64,000 nucleotides of DNA from Candidatus Poribacteria bacterium (GTDB lineage Bacteria; Poribacteria; WGA-4E; WGA-3G). Where the stretch lies: contig OZ242029.1 in assembly GCA_965205015.1 (NCBI GenBank), positions 5,568,001-5,632,000 on the forward strand, read 5' to 3'. Numbering within the stretch: position 1 is the first letter of the stretch; each line of letters opens with the position of its first letter. This document shows, in pieces, positions 47,659-56,014 of this stretch. A model generated the notes under the pieces. It did not search any database, was not told the DNA's origin, and worked only from the letters and a program-made list of their open reading frames with translations. The translations under genes and the position numbers were made by a program.

Positions 47659-50364
47659 ATGAATTATAATTTCGCCGCTGTTGCGCGGTTACCTTCGCCG
47701 GGTGATAACGTCGCTATCGCAACCCAAACGTTGGCGCGTGGGACACGCATCCGTTATGATGAACACGAGTTTGAATTGTCCCACACTATTTTAGAGGGAC
47801 ATCGGTTCGCTATCCGATCAATTTCGGAAACCGAGCCACTCTTGTCGTGGGGGTTACCTTTCGGTTTCGCTACACGTTCTATCTCCCCTGGCGATTACGT
47901 GTGTAATCAGAAGATGATTGATTCGTTATCTATTAGAAACCTACCCTTTGAATTGCCAGAGACACCGAACTTCAGCGATAAGATGGCACCCTATCAATTA
48001 GATGAAACAGAATTCCGCGCAGGAAAACAGGTGCAGCGTCATGCAAACGAACGCACCTTCCTCGGTTACCAGCGTCCTGGTAATCGGGGCGTTGGTACGC
48101 GAAACTATATCGTCGTTATGGGAACAACGGCGCGGACCGCGGGCTTTGCGAGAAGACTCGCCGATATGTGTCGTAAGGGTGAGGTCACCTCGCCCCTACA
48201 AAAAGCCTATCCGAACATAGACGGCATTGTCGCCGTAACGCACACGGAGGGTGGTGAAAGCAAGACACCAAATAACATTGATATGCTGCTCCGAACGCTC
48301 GCCGGTTTCACTGTCCATCCGAATATCGGCGCGGTCCTGCTTGTTGATTACGGTACCGAGGCAGTCACAAATGAAATGCTCACGGCATATATGGCGCGCG
48401 AGGGATATGCCTTAGATGACGTCGTTCACCATTTCCATCGGCTACAAGACAGTTTCGACACGGACTTAGCCGGCGGTGCTGAAATTATTAACGGATGGTT
48501 GGACAGCGTAAACAGTGTCGCACGCACTGAGCAATCGCTGGAACACATCAAAATCGCCTTGCAGTGTGGCGGATCGGATGCCTTCTCCGGTGTATCGGGC
48601 AATCCGCTCGCCGCTTACGTTGCGAAAGAAGTGATCCGTTATGGCGGGTGCGCCAACCTTGCAGAGACGGATGAACTCATCGGTTCCGAGGCGTATGTAC
48701 TACAGAATGCCCGCGACCTGCCGACAGCGCGCAAATTCCTCAACACGATTGAACGTTTCAAGGAACGTGCCGCGTGGCATGGGCACTCTACAGAGGCAAA
48801 TCCTTCCGGTGGTAACAATTTCCGTGGACTCTATAATATCGCCATTAAATCGATCGGGGCGGCGATGAAACGGCATCCCGAGGTCTGCCTCGATTACGTC
48901 ATTGATTACAGCGAACTGATGGAGAATCCGGGCTACTACTTCATGGACAGTCCCGGCAACGATTTGGAGAGCATCGCAGGGCAGGTGGCATCCGGGTCTA
49001 ACATGATCTTCTTTGTCACCGGGAACGGTTCCATCACCAATTTCCCCTTCGTGCCGACACTTAAAATTGTCACGACAACAGGGCGATATGAAATGCTTGA
49101 AAAGGACATGGACGTGAATGCCGGCGCGTATCTTGACGGCACACCGATGGAAGCACTCGGGGAATCTATGCTCGACTTGACGGTTGATGTCGCCTCGGGT
49201 GAACGGTCTGTCGGGGAAAAAGCCGGACACTCCCAAGTCTCACTGTGGCGTGACTGGAAGCAGACGGGTCCCGTAGATTTAAACCCATTGTTGACAGAAT
49301 CCGAATTGAAACCCGGCGACCCACTCCCAATTGATACTTCCCCGGTAGGAGCGACCTCCGAATCGCGACTCTCTGAGAAATTACAATTCCGTGCACTCCA
49401 AACAGAAGACGGATGTCGCACGGATCAAGTCGGGCTAATTTTGCCGACCAGTCTCTGTTCTGGGCAGATTGCGCAGATGATTGCGCATCGTTGCAACGAA
49501 CGGAAAATTGGCAAAGCACAAGGTATCTCGCGTTTTGTCGCGCTTCCGCATACGGAGGGCTGCGGGGTCTCCAGCGGACGTTCCGAGGAGATTTACACCC
49601 GCACGATGATTGGACACCTCACGCATCCGACAGTTGCCCTGGGGCTACTCCTCGAACACGGTTGCGAAAAGACGCACAACGATCACGTCCGACATGAGAT
49701 TCAGCAGTTGGGAATATCGCCGGAACGCTACGGTTGGGCGAGTGTGCAATTGGATGGTGGGATTGATGCCGTCATTGACAAGGTGCAAGATTGGTTCTCG
49801 GAGGAACTTGTGGATAAACCGACTGTTCCTGTCGTCGATGCCGGATTAGAACATCTCTGCATCGCCGTGACATCAACTGGAAGGGTAACTGAAGAAGTCT
49901 CGGAGTCCCTGACGCAACTGACGCACAGCGTTGTCGCTGCAGGCGGAACGGTTGTTGTACCAGCGAACGCAACATTTATACATCACGGAAACCCACGGCG
50001 TGTGCCTACTACTTTGGCGTATGGGCAGCGGGTTGAGAAATCAGGTTTCCACATCATGGAGACTCCCACCGATCAGCAGACGGAGACGCTGACAGGATTA
50101 GGCGCGACGGGTGTAGATCTGGCACTCGCGCATATCGTCGGGGCACCTTTGCAATCGCACGTGATGGTGCCGCTGCTTCAGGTTTCTACGGATGCTGCAA
50201 CGCAAGCCACCTATGGCGCGGATTTGGATTTGGTGACTGCTGACGTTGATGCGTTGTTAGCGTTAATTGTAGAGGTGGCATCGCGGCAGTATACCCCGAA
50301 GCTGCATAGTAAAGGAAATACAGATTTTCAGTTAACGCGCGGGTTATTGGGAATTTCGATGTAA
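47659..50364 (+). CDS. UxaA/GarD family altronate/galactarate dehydratase, extended (SAF, catalytic domain, partial second catalytic domain)
   Basis: DNVAIA...GHRFA, GY.R....VGTRN, HTEGG, QCGGSD.FSGVSGNP, FVTG.GS. A second HTEGCG...GCEK repeat follows. Confidence 0.87.
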   Translation: MNYNFAAVARLPSPGDNVAIATQTLARGTRIRYDEHEFELSHTILEGHRFAIRSISETEPLLSWGLPFGFATRSISPGDYVCNQKMIDSLSIRNLPFELPETPNFSDKMAPYQLDETEFRAGKQVQRHANERTFLGYQRPGNRGVGTRNYIVVMGTTARTAGFARRLADMCRKGEVTSPLQKAYPNIDGIVAVTHTEGGESKTPNNIDMLLRTLAGFTVHPNIGAVLLVDYGTEAVTNEMLTAYMAREGYALDDVVHHFHRLQDSFDTDLAGGAEIINGWLDSVNSVARTEQSLEHIKIALQCGGSDAFSGVSGNPLAAYVAKEVIRYGGCANLAETDELIGSEAYVLQNARDLPTARKFLNTIERFKERAAWHGHSTEANPSGGNNFRGLYNIAIKSIGAAMKRHPEVCLDYVIDYSELMENPGYYFMDSPGNDLESIAGQVASGSNMIFFVTGNGSITNFPFVPTLKIVTTTGRYEMLEKDMDVNAGAYLDGTPMEALGESMLDLTVDVASGERSVGEKAGHSQVSLWRDWKQTGPVDLNPLLTESELKPGDPLPIDTSPVGATSESRLSEKLQFRALQTEDGCRTDQVGLILPTSLCSGQIAQMIAHRCNERKIGKAQGISRFVALPHTEGCGVSSGRSEEIYTRTMIGHLTHPTVALGLLLEHGCEKTHNDHVRHEIQQLGISPERYGWASVQLDGGIDAVIDKVQDWFSEELVDKPTVPVVDAGLEHLCIAVTSTGRVTEEVSESLTQLTHSVVAAGGTVVVPANATFIHHGNPRRVPTTLAYGQRVEKSGFHIMETPTDQQTETLTGLGATGVDLALAHIVGAPLQSHVMVPLLQVSTDAATQATYGADLDLVTADVDALLALIVEVASRQYTPKLHSKGNTDFQLTRGLLGISM
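48173..48199 (-). repeat. GTAG REP-like palindrome inside the UxaA-like CDS (encodes RKGEVTSPLQ)
   Basis: Reverse complement gtaggggcgaggtgacctcacccttac matches 36824-36850. Confidence 0.75.
49345..49369 (+). repeat. GTAGGAGCGA-type REP inside the UxaA-like interdomain linker (encodes VGATSESR)
   Basis: gtaggagcga-cctccgaa-tcgcgac has the classic GTAG + hairpin layout. Confidence 0.65.
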
Positions 50365-50386
50365 TCAAATGATTTTGTTGTTTTGA

Positions 50387-51565
50387 TTAGAACGAGATTC
50401 GCAGCAATTCCACAGGAAAATCCGCCATGACAGTCGGCTTGCGGAGTGCCATCAAACCGAGGGTCAACCATTTATCGATGGAAGGCAACGAAACGGCAAA
50501 CCTGTCTGATTCAGGTATGAGATCGTTCTTTGTAAAAGGCGTTTTCTCGCCCCACCCGCGTGTAGCATGGTGTGCAAACCACATGCCAGCGGCGGATCCA
50601 AGAATACCCGCGACAACATACGGTTTATGGCTTTCCGCATTCGTCAACGCAATGACCCCATTGCTGAATAGGGCACCCGCACACGCCCCAATTTGTATCA
50701 AAGCCGCCCTGCCGGCTGTGTATTCACCGCCAGCAGTCAATGTATAGCCAAGATACGCGACTGTTGGTAAGCCGACCATGGAGGCGAATACATAGGCTCG
50801 CGGTGAGTCCACATCCAAGAGGGAGACAATCCCATTTGCATAGACAGTCCCGACTAATCCCCCAAAGGAGATGAGATGTGAGCGTCCCTCACTTATCGGT
50901 TTGTCGTAAATCAACTTTGTTGTGGTCCACACCCCCGTCGGAACCCCAACCATTGCGGACGCAACATAGATTCTGGCTTGCGTCCAATTTTCAAGATTTT
51001 CGATATTGGCGATGTATGGAATCGCGAGCCCGTACAATCCGCCCACAAATCCGCCGTTGGTCATCAAATAGGATTCACCCTTTTGAAACCATCTGTGATC
51101 CGTCAGTCTATGGGCAATCAGCCCGCCTATCGGCGTAGCGAGCATCGCCGAAGCAAGGTAAGCCTTGTCATTCTCTGCCTCAAACAACACTGGCACCCCG
51201 AAACCATAGAAGGTACCCGCGAAACTGCCCGATAAAATTAAATTGGAACGTCCGACACCGAGCCGATGATTCTTTGTTGCTGCAAGCGCGCCCGCAAAAG
51301 ATCCGCCGCCAATCAGTAACTCCAATCCAGCAAATCGACTTCCCGATTCAATCTCAAGGAGGCGCGCCATCCCCGGTCCGTAGAGCGAAAGCCCATAGAG
51401 TGTTGCGGCACCGACCAGTAGTGTCCTGCCTTCCTGCTGCTCTTTCAAGGAGATACCCTGTTCGCTTTGCGTTTGGGAATAGCCTTCAGGCACAAAAAAG
51501 ATAAGAATAAAAACCACAAAGCACAGAAGAGAAGCGACGTTGTGAGGCATAAAACGAATTCTCAT
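50387..51565 (-). CDS. Hypothetical protein with ~4-5 Gly-rich hydrophobic hairpin repeats
   Basis: Signal peptide, repeated Y..SAM.G.P.G...G.S.L...GG..G..Y units, terminal LLRISF. Confidence 0.72.
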   Translation of the reverse strand: MRIRFMPHNVASLLCFVVFILIFFVPEGYSQTQSEQGISLKEQQEGRTLLVGAATLYGLSLYGPGMARLLEIESGSRFAGLELLIGGGSFAGALAATKNHRLGVGRSNLILSGSFAGTFYGFGVPVLFEAENDKAYLASAMLATPIGGLIAHRLTDHRWFQKGESYLMTNGGFVGGLYGLAIPYIANIENLENWTQARIYVASAMVGVPTGVWTTTKLIYDKPISEGRSHLISFGGLVGTVYANGIVSLLDVDSPRAYVFASMVGLPTVAYLGYTLTAGGEYTAGRAALIQIGACAGALFSNGVIALTNAESHKPYVVAGILGSAAGMWFAHHATRGWGEKTPFTKNDLIPESDRFAVSLPSIDKWLTLGLMALRKPTVMADFPVELLRISF

Positions 51566-51661
51566 TTTTTCCTTTTTAGCTTTTTAGATAAAAGCGCCTG
51601 AATCTGCTGCACTCCAACATACCGAAGACTCATTGCTGGGCACAGGAAAGAGTAGCGCCTT

Positions 51662-52723
51662 CTATAGGGGTAACGAAATTGGAGCACCGATTTGGGAGGA
51701 GCGATACGTCGCCTCCGCTAATTCGATGCCGTCTCTTCCGATGCGTCCGTGAGTTGTCGGTTCTGCTTCACCGGCGATACACTGGAGCCAATGGTTGATG
51801 CTCGTTCCCTTTGCCGCGACACCCCAATACCGCTGCTGACGCCGCTCCTCTGGCATGTTGCGGTAGGTATTATCATCCGGCACAGGCGCAGTGAATTCTT
51901 CCGCCTCGGCCATATCATGCGTTTTCCAACGGAGTCCATTCTGAATCAACGTCGCGGAACCTTTGCTCGTGACGAGACCGTTACCACTGTTCCGGATCTC
52001 AGCCGCCCAACTCTTCATCATCATACCGACACCCCCGTTCTTAAAGTGCACCGTCAGCACGGCATTGTTTTCTACGGCTTGATCAGGGGACGGATAGGTG
52101 CCACCGAGCGGCACATGACTCGTGAACCCGTAAACAGTAGAGGCAGGACCGTAGAGCCACAACCAAATATCGAGTTCGTGAATCGCTTGCTCCACCAGCA
52201 TACCCCCCGACTCCGCCTTCACAAAGAGCCACGGATGCCGTTCCGGTGAAAACCAACCCACCTGATTCGAATACGTCATCTGCAGCGTGCCGAGCGTGCC
52301 ATCGTCCAATAACGACTTCAGTTTCATGTACCCCGGATTGAACCGCATCATATAGGCAACCATCAGGAGAACACCCGCCTCTTCAGCAGCAGCGATCATT
52401 GCTTCACCCTCCGCAACGTTGCAACACATCGGTTTCTCCATCAAGATATGCTTGCCAGCGGCGGCGGCAGCACGGGTGATTTCGAGGTGCGGACGTGGAT
52501 GGACGCAGACATCGACAGCGTCTATATCCCGTCTGTCGAGGAGTGCGCGGTAGTCCGTGTAGGCATCGGCACCAAACCGATCCGCCTGTTCGTTTGCGGA
52601 TGCCTCGTTGATGTCTGCGATTGCGACGATGTCTGCGCGTCGCGTCGGTTCTTCGTAATAAGGGGCGTGGAGACCGCGGAAGATGCCGCCACATCCGATA
52701 ATGCCAACTCTGATTCTGTCCAT
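51662..52723 (-). CDS. Gfo/Idh/MocA family oxidoreductase
   Basis: IIGCGGI, MEKP, SGGML.EQ.IH.LD. Start ATG 52723 overlaps the upstream TGA. Confidence 0.92.
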   Translation of the reverse strand: MDRIRVGIIGCGGIFRGLHAPYYEEPTRRADIVAIADINEASANEQADRFGADAYTDYRALLDRRDIDAVDVCVHPRPHLEITRAAAAAGKHILMEKPMCCNVAEGEAMIAAAEEAGVLLMVAYMMRFNPGYMKLKSLLDDGTLGTLQMTYSNQVGWFSPERHPWLFVKAESGGMLVEQAIHELDIWLWLYGPASTVYGFTSHVPLGGTYPSPDQAVENNAVLTVHFKNGGVGMMMKSWAAEIRNSGNGLVTSKGSATLIQNGLRWKTHDMAEAEEFTAPVPDDNTYRNMPEERRQQRYWGVAAKGTSINHWLQCIAGEAEPTTHGRIGRDGIELAEATYRSSQIGAPISLPL

Positions 52724-53493
52724 CAACTTCTCCTTTTTGCCTGCAACTTTCCTGTTACGGCACACGGAGTGTGCCTACTACTTTTAAGGATCGGGGGAGG
52801 GGTCTCGTCCGCTAAAAGTTCGAGTGCCTCAGCGATAATCGCGTGCTGCAATTCCGGGTTGTTCGGTTCACCGAGCGGATGTCCAAAACCGTACGGTACC
52901 ACTAAGGCACGCGGGGGTTTTACTTTTCTCGTAATATTCTCAATAAGGGTAATTGAAACCGTAGAAATTCCCGCCGCTTCAACGGCACGTTGTATCAATC
53001 CGACGGATTGATTGCACATTGGTCAGACAGGGGTTAAGAACACAACGTCCACACCATCGGTTTTAAGCTGCTGTGCAACCTCAGGGGCAGTTTGCGTAAT
53101 AAGGGTGTGCGGTTTCGTAATGGATCCCATAAAACTGAAGTGCCGACGGTTCAGAGATCCGATTTTGCCTTCGGTCTCTAACTCTCTGAACCTATCAAGG
53201 GGAAACGCGAGGTTCGGATCTGTTTCGAGACCCCGTTCATCGTAAGCCCCACTTTTATGTCCGTTTATGAGTGCTTGTGTCTGAATGGAATTTGGAATCT
53301 CGCGGTAGGAACAATCTCCGTTCCCAAAGGTTTTTTGCCCCTCAAGCAAAAAACCAGCGGTTGTAATGAGAGCAACCCTACATTCATTCAATGGCAAGCA
53401 CAGCGGCGTGTGAGGTGATGCCTTATAACGCCGACCCCGGTAAAGCTTCATAAAGAATCGAGATAGTGGATCAAGTTTGCGTAATGGTGCCAT
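52723..53493 (-). CDS. Selenoprotein of the glycine/betaine/proline reductase B family (PrdB/GrdB-like), Sec at codon 157 (UxxC), 256 aa
   Basis: ORFs 53023-53493 and 52723-53019 are in frame across TGA: DGVDVVFLTPV-U-PMCNQSVGLIQRAVEAAGISTV. N-terminal RVALITTAG...GD.SYREIP...D.N..FPLDR..EL..EG.IG is PrdB-like. Confidence 0.88.
52756..52782 (-). repeat. GTAG REP-like palindrome (gtagtaggcacactccgtgtgccgt) encoding part of the selenoprotein C-terminal tail
   Basis: GTAG followed by the hairpin ggcacac-tcc-gtgtgcc. Confidence 0.65.
52994..53025 (-). promoter_or_regulatory. Bacterial SECIS-like hairpin immediately 3' of the UGA
   Basis: mRNA reads UGA-CCAAUGUGCA-AUCAAUCC-GUC-GGAUUGAU: perfect 8-bp stem with a G-first loop 18 nt after the UGA. 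Confidence 0.7.
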
Positions 53494-53506
53494 GATGAAC
53501 CCCGTA

Positions 53507-54532
53507 TTAGCCGTTCGCGAAGATGAGCCGTTTCCTGTTCTGGCACGGGAGTTGTATCGTCTGTCCGGTTACACCGCTTTCAATCGTCGCAAATCCGATT
53601 TCATTGACAGCGGTATAATCATCCCCTGCACAATGCGGAAGCGGACCGCCATCAAGGTAATCCGTAATCTGTTTATACGCGACATTGAACGGACCGGCGT
53701 TTTCAGGAAGATTAAGGGTCGCGTTCTCAACTAACTTTCCTTCTTTATACACAGTCGTGCCGCTATAAAATCCTGCCTGAACGCTGCCTTCGCTACCGAG
53801 GACATCGACAGAGAACCCACCACGGGTCCCATGGTTTCCGACATGGAAACCGATAACACCACTCTCAAATTGAATGGTCGATCCGAGAATCGCCGGTTCA
53901 GGTTCATAAGGTTCCGGCACATCTCCACCGCCAGAAACGAATCCAGTCACCGAAACAGGGTCATAACCAGCAAACTGGCAAATCATGTCCGTCGTATGGA
54001 TAGCGAAGGAGAGCACACCGCCGCCACAATACCCGATGACGGTTTGCACCTCACCGATGAGTCCATCCTTGATAAGCGACTGAAGACGGATGAGGTGTGG
54101 CGCCCAATGCCGTGTGTAGTCGACAACGATAGGGATGCCTTTCGCGTTAGCCCCTGCGGTCATCGTATCCACCTCTTCGAGGGAACATCCAGCGGGTTTC
54201 TCAAGGAAGATGGCTTTGATGTCCGCCTTCAAGACGTTTTGCATGACCTTGAAGTGATGCGGTCCGCGCACACAGACAGCAACGATGTCCAAATCTTCAC
54301 TTTCAAGCATCTGCGTATCTGTTTCGTAATAGTTTATAGAATTGTCTGGGAAAGCAGGTCCCCATACCTGTTGAAACTCTTCTTGACGTTCCTGAGACAT
54401 GTCCGCGACTGCGACCAGCTCGGTTGTTTCACAGAAACGGATGCCGCCTGTGTGGCAATAGGGATACGCGTCATCTGGCGTTGAATAACGGGAGGCGATA
54501 CTGCCCAATCCGATGATACCGACACGATACAT
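53507..54532 (-). CDS. Gfo/Idh/MocA family oxidoreductase
   Basis: VGIIGLG.IA, FLEKP, V.YTRHW. Start ATG 54532 with AAGGAG. Confidence 0.88.
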   Translation of the reverse strand: MYRVGIIGLGSIASRYSTPDDAYPYCHTGGIRFCETTELVAVADMSQERQEEFQQVWGPAFPDNSINYYETDTQMLESEDLDIVAVCVRGPHHFKVMQNVLKADIKAIFLEKPAGCSLEEVDTMTAGANAKGIPIVVDYTRHWAPHLIRLQSLIKDGLIGEVQTVIGYCGGGVLSFAIHTTDMICQFAGYDPVSVTGFVSGGGDVPEPYEPEPAILGSTIQFESGVIGFHVGNHGTRGGFSVDVLGSEGSVQAGFYSGTTVYKEGKLVENATLNLPENAGPFNVAYKQITDYLDGGPLPHCAGDDYTAVNEIGFATIESGVTGQTIQLPCQNRKRLIFANG

Positions 54533-54627
54533 TGGGATTGCTCCTTTTTTGAGGGTTGTTAATTGAGGATAGCACGAATCTGGGAAATTCGCAACTTGAA
54601 TAGGAGCATTGACGGGAATTCGTTTGT

Positions 54628-55623
54628 TTATTTCAGTGTGTGCGAGGGTTGCTTGAGTGTACCCCATAAGGTCGTCTGCGTATTCTTAGTTGGAGAAACA
54701 GCGAGAAAACCGGAGGGGACCCACGCGGGGTCACTATCCATTGCTTGATGTTCCGTGATTTGGCGAGGCGCTCCAACACGATTTGGTGCGATAAGGTAGA
54801 TATTTGCATCGCGATTTGGGTTACCCCATGGATTTTCAAGTTCCGATTCGTAGGCAATCCAATGCCCATCCGGGGACCACACTGGATCTTCGCTCCAAGT
54901 TTTAAGCGCGGACACTCGCCGATTGTTTTGTCCCTTAGCATTCATGACATAGATACTGCTCCCACCGCCCCACTCCCATGCGTAATAGGCAATCTTTTCA
55001 CCGCCAGGCGACCAACTGGGACTGACCCCGAATGCCAATCGTATCGGATTCCTTCTGTTTACATCCATCACATAGATATCACCGCTGTCATTTCGAATGG
55101 AATAGAAAGCAATTTGTTTTCCATCAGGAGACCATGCCGGTGCTGAGTTGTATCTTCCCTTATTCGTGAGCCTCTGAAGATTTCCGCCGGTAGCATCTAT
55201 TTTGTAGAGGTCATAGTTCTCCTTAACGTTCCCTTCTCGATTCGACGAAAAAGCAATCCAGTGCCCATCTGGAGACCAGGCGGGTTTGTTGTCGCTGGCT
55301 GGGTGGCTTGTCAACCGGCGTGTTTCGTTCTTATTTAAATCCATCACATAAATATCAGCTTTTCCATCTCGGTGCGACACATAAGCGAAAGCACGACCAT
55401 TCGGGGACCACGTTGCGGAATGCGCCGCGACTGGATCATCCGTGAGACGGCGGAGATCTGTACCATCGGTACCAATGATATAGATGTCCAGTTTTCCCGT
55501 CCGGTTTGAGGAGAAGGAGATATATTGTTTGTCCAGGACTTGCGCGCTGAGGTTCCTCACAAAAAAACTGCTACATAATGCTAACGTGAATCCCAAAAAT
55601 AGATGCGTGCGTTTGATTTTCAT
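54628..55623 (-). CDS. Secreted TolB-like PD40 beta-propeller with C-terminal 'TTLWGTLKQ' tail
   Basis: Repeated P.WSPDG..IAF.S.R.G..DIY.MD, signal peptide, RBS GGAGG. Confidence 0.9.
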   Translation of the reverse strand: MKIKRTHLFLGFTLALCSSFFVRNLSAQVLDKQYISFSSNRTGKLDIYIIGTDGTDLRRLTDDPVAAHSATWSPNGRAFAYVSHRDGKADIYVMDLNKNETRRLTSHPASDNKPAWSPDGHWIAFSSNREGNVKENYDLYKIDATGGNLQRLTNKGRYNSAPAWSPDGKQIAFYSIRNDSGDIYVMDVNRRNPIRLAFGVSPSWSPGGEKIAYYAWEWGGGSSIYVMNAKGQNNRRVSALKTWSEDPVWSPDGHWIAYESELENPWGNPNRDANIYLIAPNRVGAPRQITEHQAMDSDPAWVPSGFLAVSPTKNTQTTLWGTLKQPSHTLK

Positions 55624-56014
55624 TTTTCAAATTCCTCCCAAAAATTCACTTACCACAGTTAGAGGGTTAATCAGAAATATAACGACTGTGAGTATCAACG
55701 GAATACCTCCTGACACAACGCCGTTACTACTAAAGTTATTGTAGCAAGTATGATGCCAATTCCCAATCAGTGAGGATAGCGAGCTGAGACTTTGAGTTCC
55801 ATCTTCGCGAGCCAACTATTTTGTCAAAGCATGAACATTGTTGTCCATAATTTGAACATTTTGTATATCTTTCAGTTTATATTGTCTTATTCAGACTGCC
55901 TCCGTAAATTGTGGTATCGGTTGAATTTGTACTACAACCTATTGTAAAATAGATATACGACTTGTGCAAGTTTGGGCAATTTGTATGTTTCTTAAAGGAA
56001 TAATCACATATCTC

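Noticed and set aside
52721-52725. Second Sec read-through at the selenoprotein's terminal TGA
   Set aside because: It overlaps the ATG of the next gene in a different frame (TGATG coupling), which is typical of a true stop.
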